From contig OZ059895.1 in the NCBI GenBank assembly GCA_964057225.1, forward strand, positions 9,424,001 to 9,488,000: a DNA stretch of 64,000 nucleotides. The letters run 5' to 3'. The notes beneath the pieces are model-generated. The model was not told where the DNA came from, searched no databases, and saw only the letters and a list, made by a program, of their open reading frames with translations. This DNA comes from Auanema rhodensis. Its lineage: Eukaryota > Animalia > Nematoda. The position numbers were made by a program, and so were the translations under genes. This document shows, piece after piece, positions 63,401 to 64,000 of the stretch. The first letter of the stretch is position 1; each line of letters starts with the position of its first letter.

Positions 63401-64000
63401 GCATCACAATATTGAAATTTAAATGTTTTTTAATGATTAAAAATTTAAAAAATGAAATTATGAAATAGTGGTAGAAATATAAAATTGTTTAAAATTTAAA
63501 TATTTTTTAATGATTAAAAATTTAAAAAATGAAATTATGAAATAGTGGTAGAAATATAAAATTGTTTAAAATATGGAATTAAATAAAATAGATGAAGTGA
63601 ACTTGCTTGGAAAATATAAATCAGTTTCATGTTTCAATTTTTGAGCATCACAATATTGAAATTTAAATGTTTTTTAATGATTAAAAATTTAAAAAATGAA
63701 ATTATGAAATAGTGGTAGAAATATAAAATTGTTTAAAATATGGAATTAAATAAAATAGATGAAGTGAACTTGCTTGGAAAATATAAATCAGTTTCATGTT
63801 TCAATTTTTGAGCATCACAATATTGAAATTTAAATGTTTTTTAATGATTAAAAATTTAAAAAATGAAATTATGAAATAGTGGTAGAAATATAAAATTGTT
63901 TAAAATATGGAATTAAATAAAATAGATGGAGTGAAATTGCTTGGAAAATATGAATCAGTTTCATGTTTCAATTTTTGAGCATCACAATATTGAAATTTAA
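60440..64000. repeat. 167-bp tandem satellite (~21 units, runs off the window) derived from pPolB intron 4
   Basis: GAGCATCACAATATTG recurs at 61563, 61730 and 61897 (167-bp period). The array starts just inside the intron acceptor at ~60365. Confidence 0.95.

Overview
AT-rich eukaryotic DNA with short 40-55 nt spliceosomal introns and many TTTCAG/TTTAG acceptors. This is nematode-like, but the host cannot be proven from sequence. Almost the whole window is a nested, rearranged cluster of Maverick/Polinton elements from two subfamilies, told apart by their termini: A = AGTAGAGAGCCATGCC, B = AGTAGAGAGCCGTGCA. Recognisable genes are a 13-intron protein-primed PolB, major and minor capsids, adenain-like protease, core protein, packaging ATPase, chromodomain integrase, PW/PZ-like proteins and small accessory ORFs. 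Other elements present: LINE fragments, a TA-flanked MITE, a DD37D (maT) transposon, a solo LTR, and a 167-bp satellite that grew out of a pPolB intron. The main finding is a 15.6-kb B-type Maverick (27905-43495) bounded by a perfect 6-bp TSD (AATACT) and inserted into the ATPase gene of another Maverick. Its integrase/ATPase arm is replaced by an LTR, a tRNA-Gln PBS and a leader, followed by the 5' ~2.6 kb of a (+)RNA-virus replicase (alpha-like capping MTase, OTU protease, FtsJ MTase; nege/kita-like). In other words, an RNA virus cDNA fused to an LTR retrotransposon sits inside a DNA virus-like transposon. A second notable finding is a dual-coding (overprinted) gene pair supported by substitution patterns between the two subfamilies.
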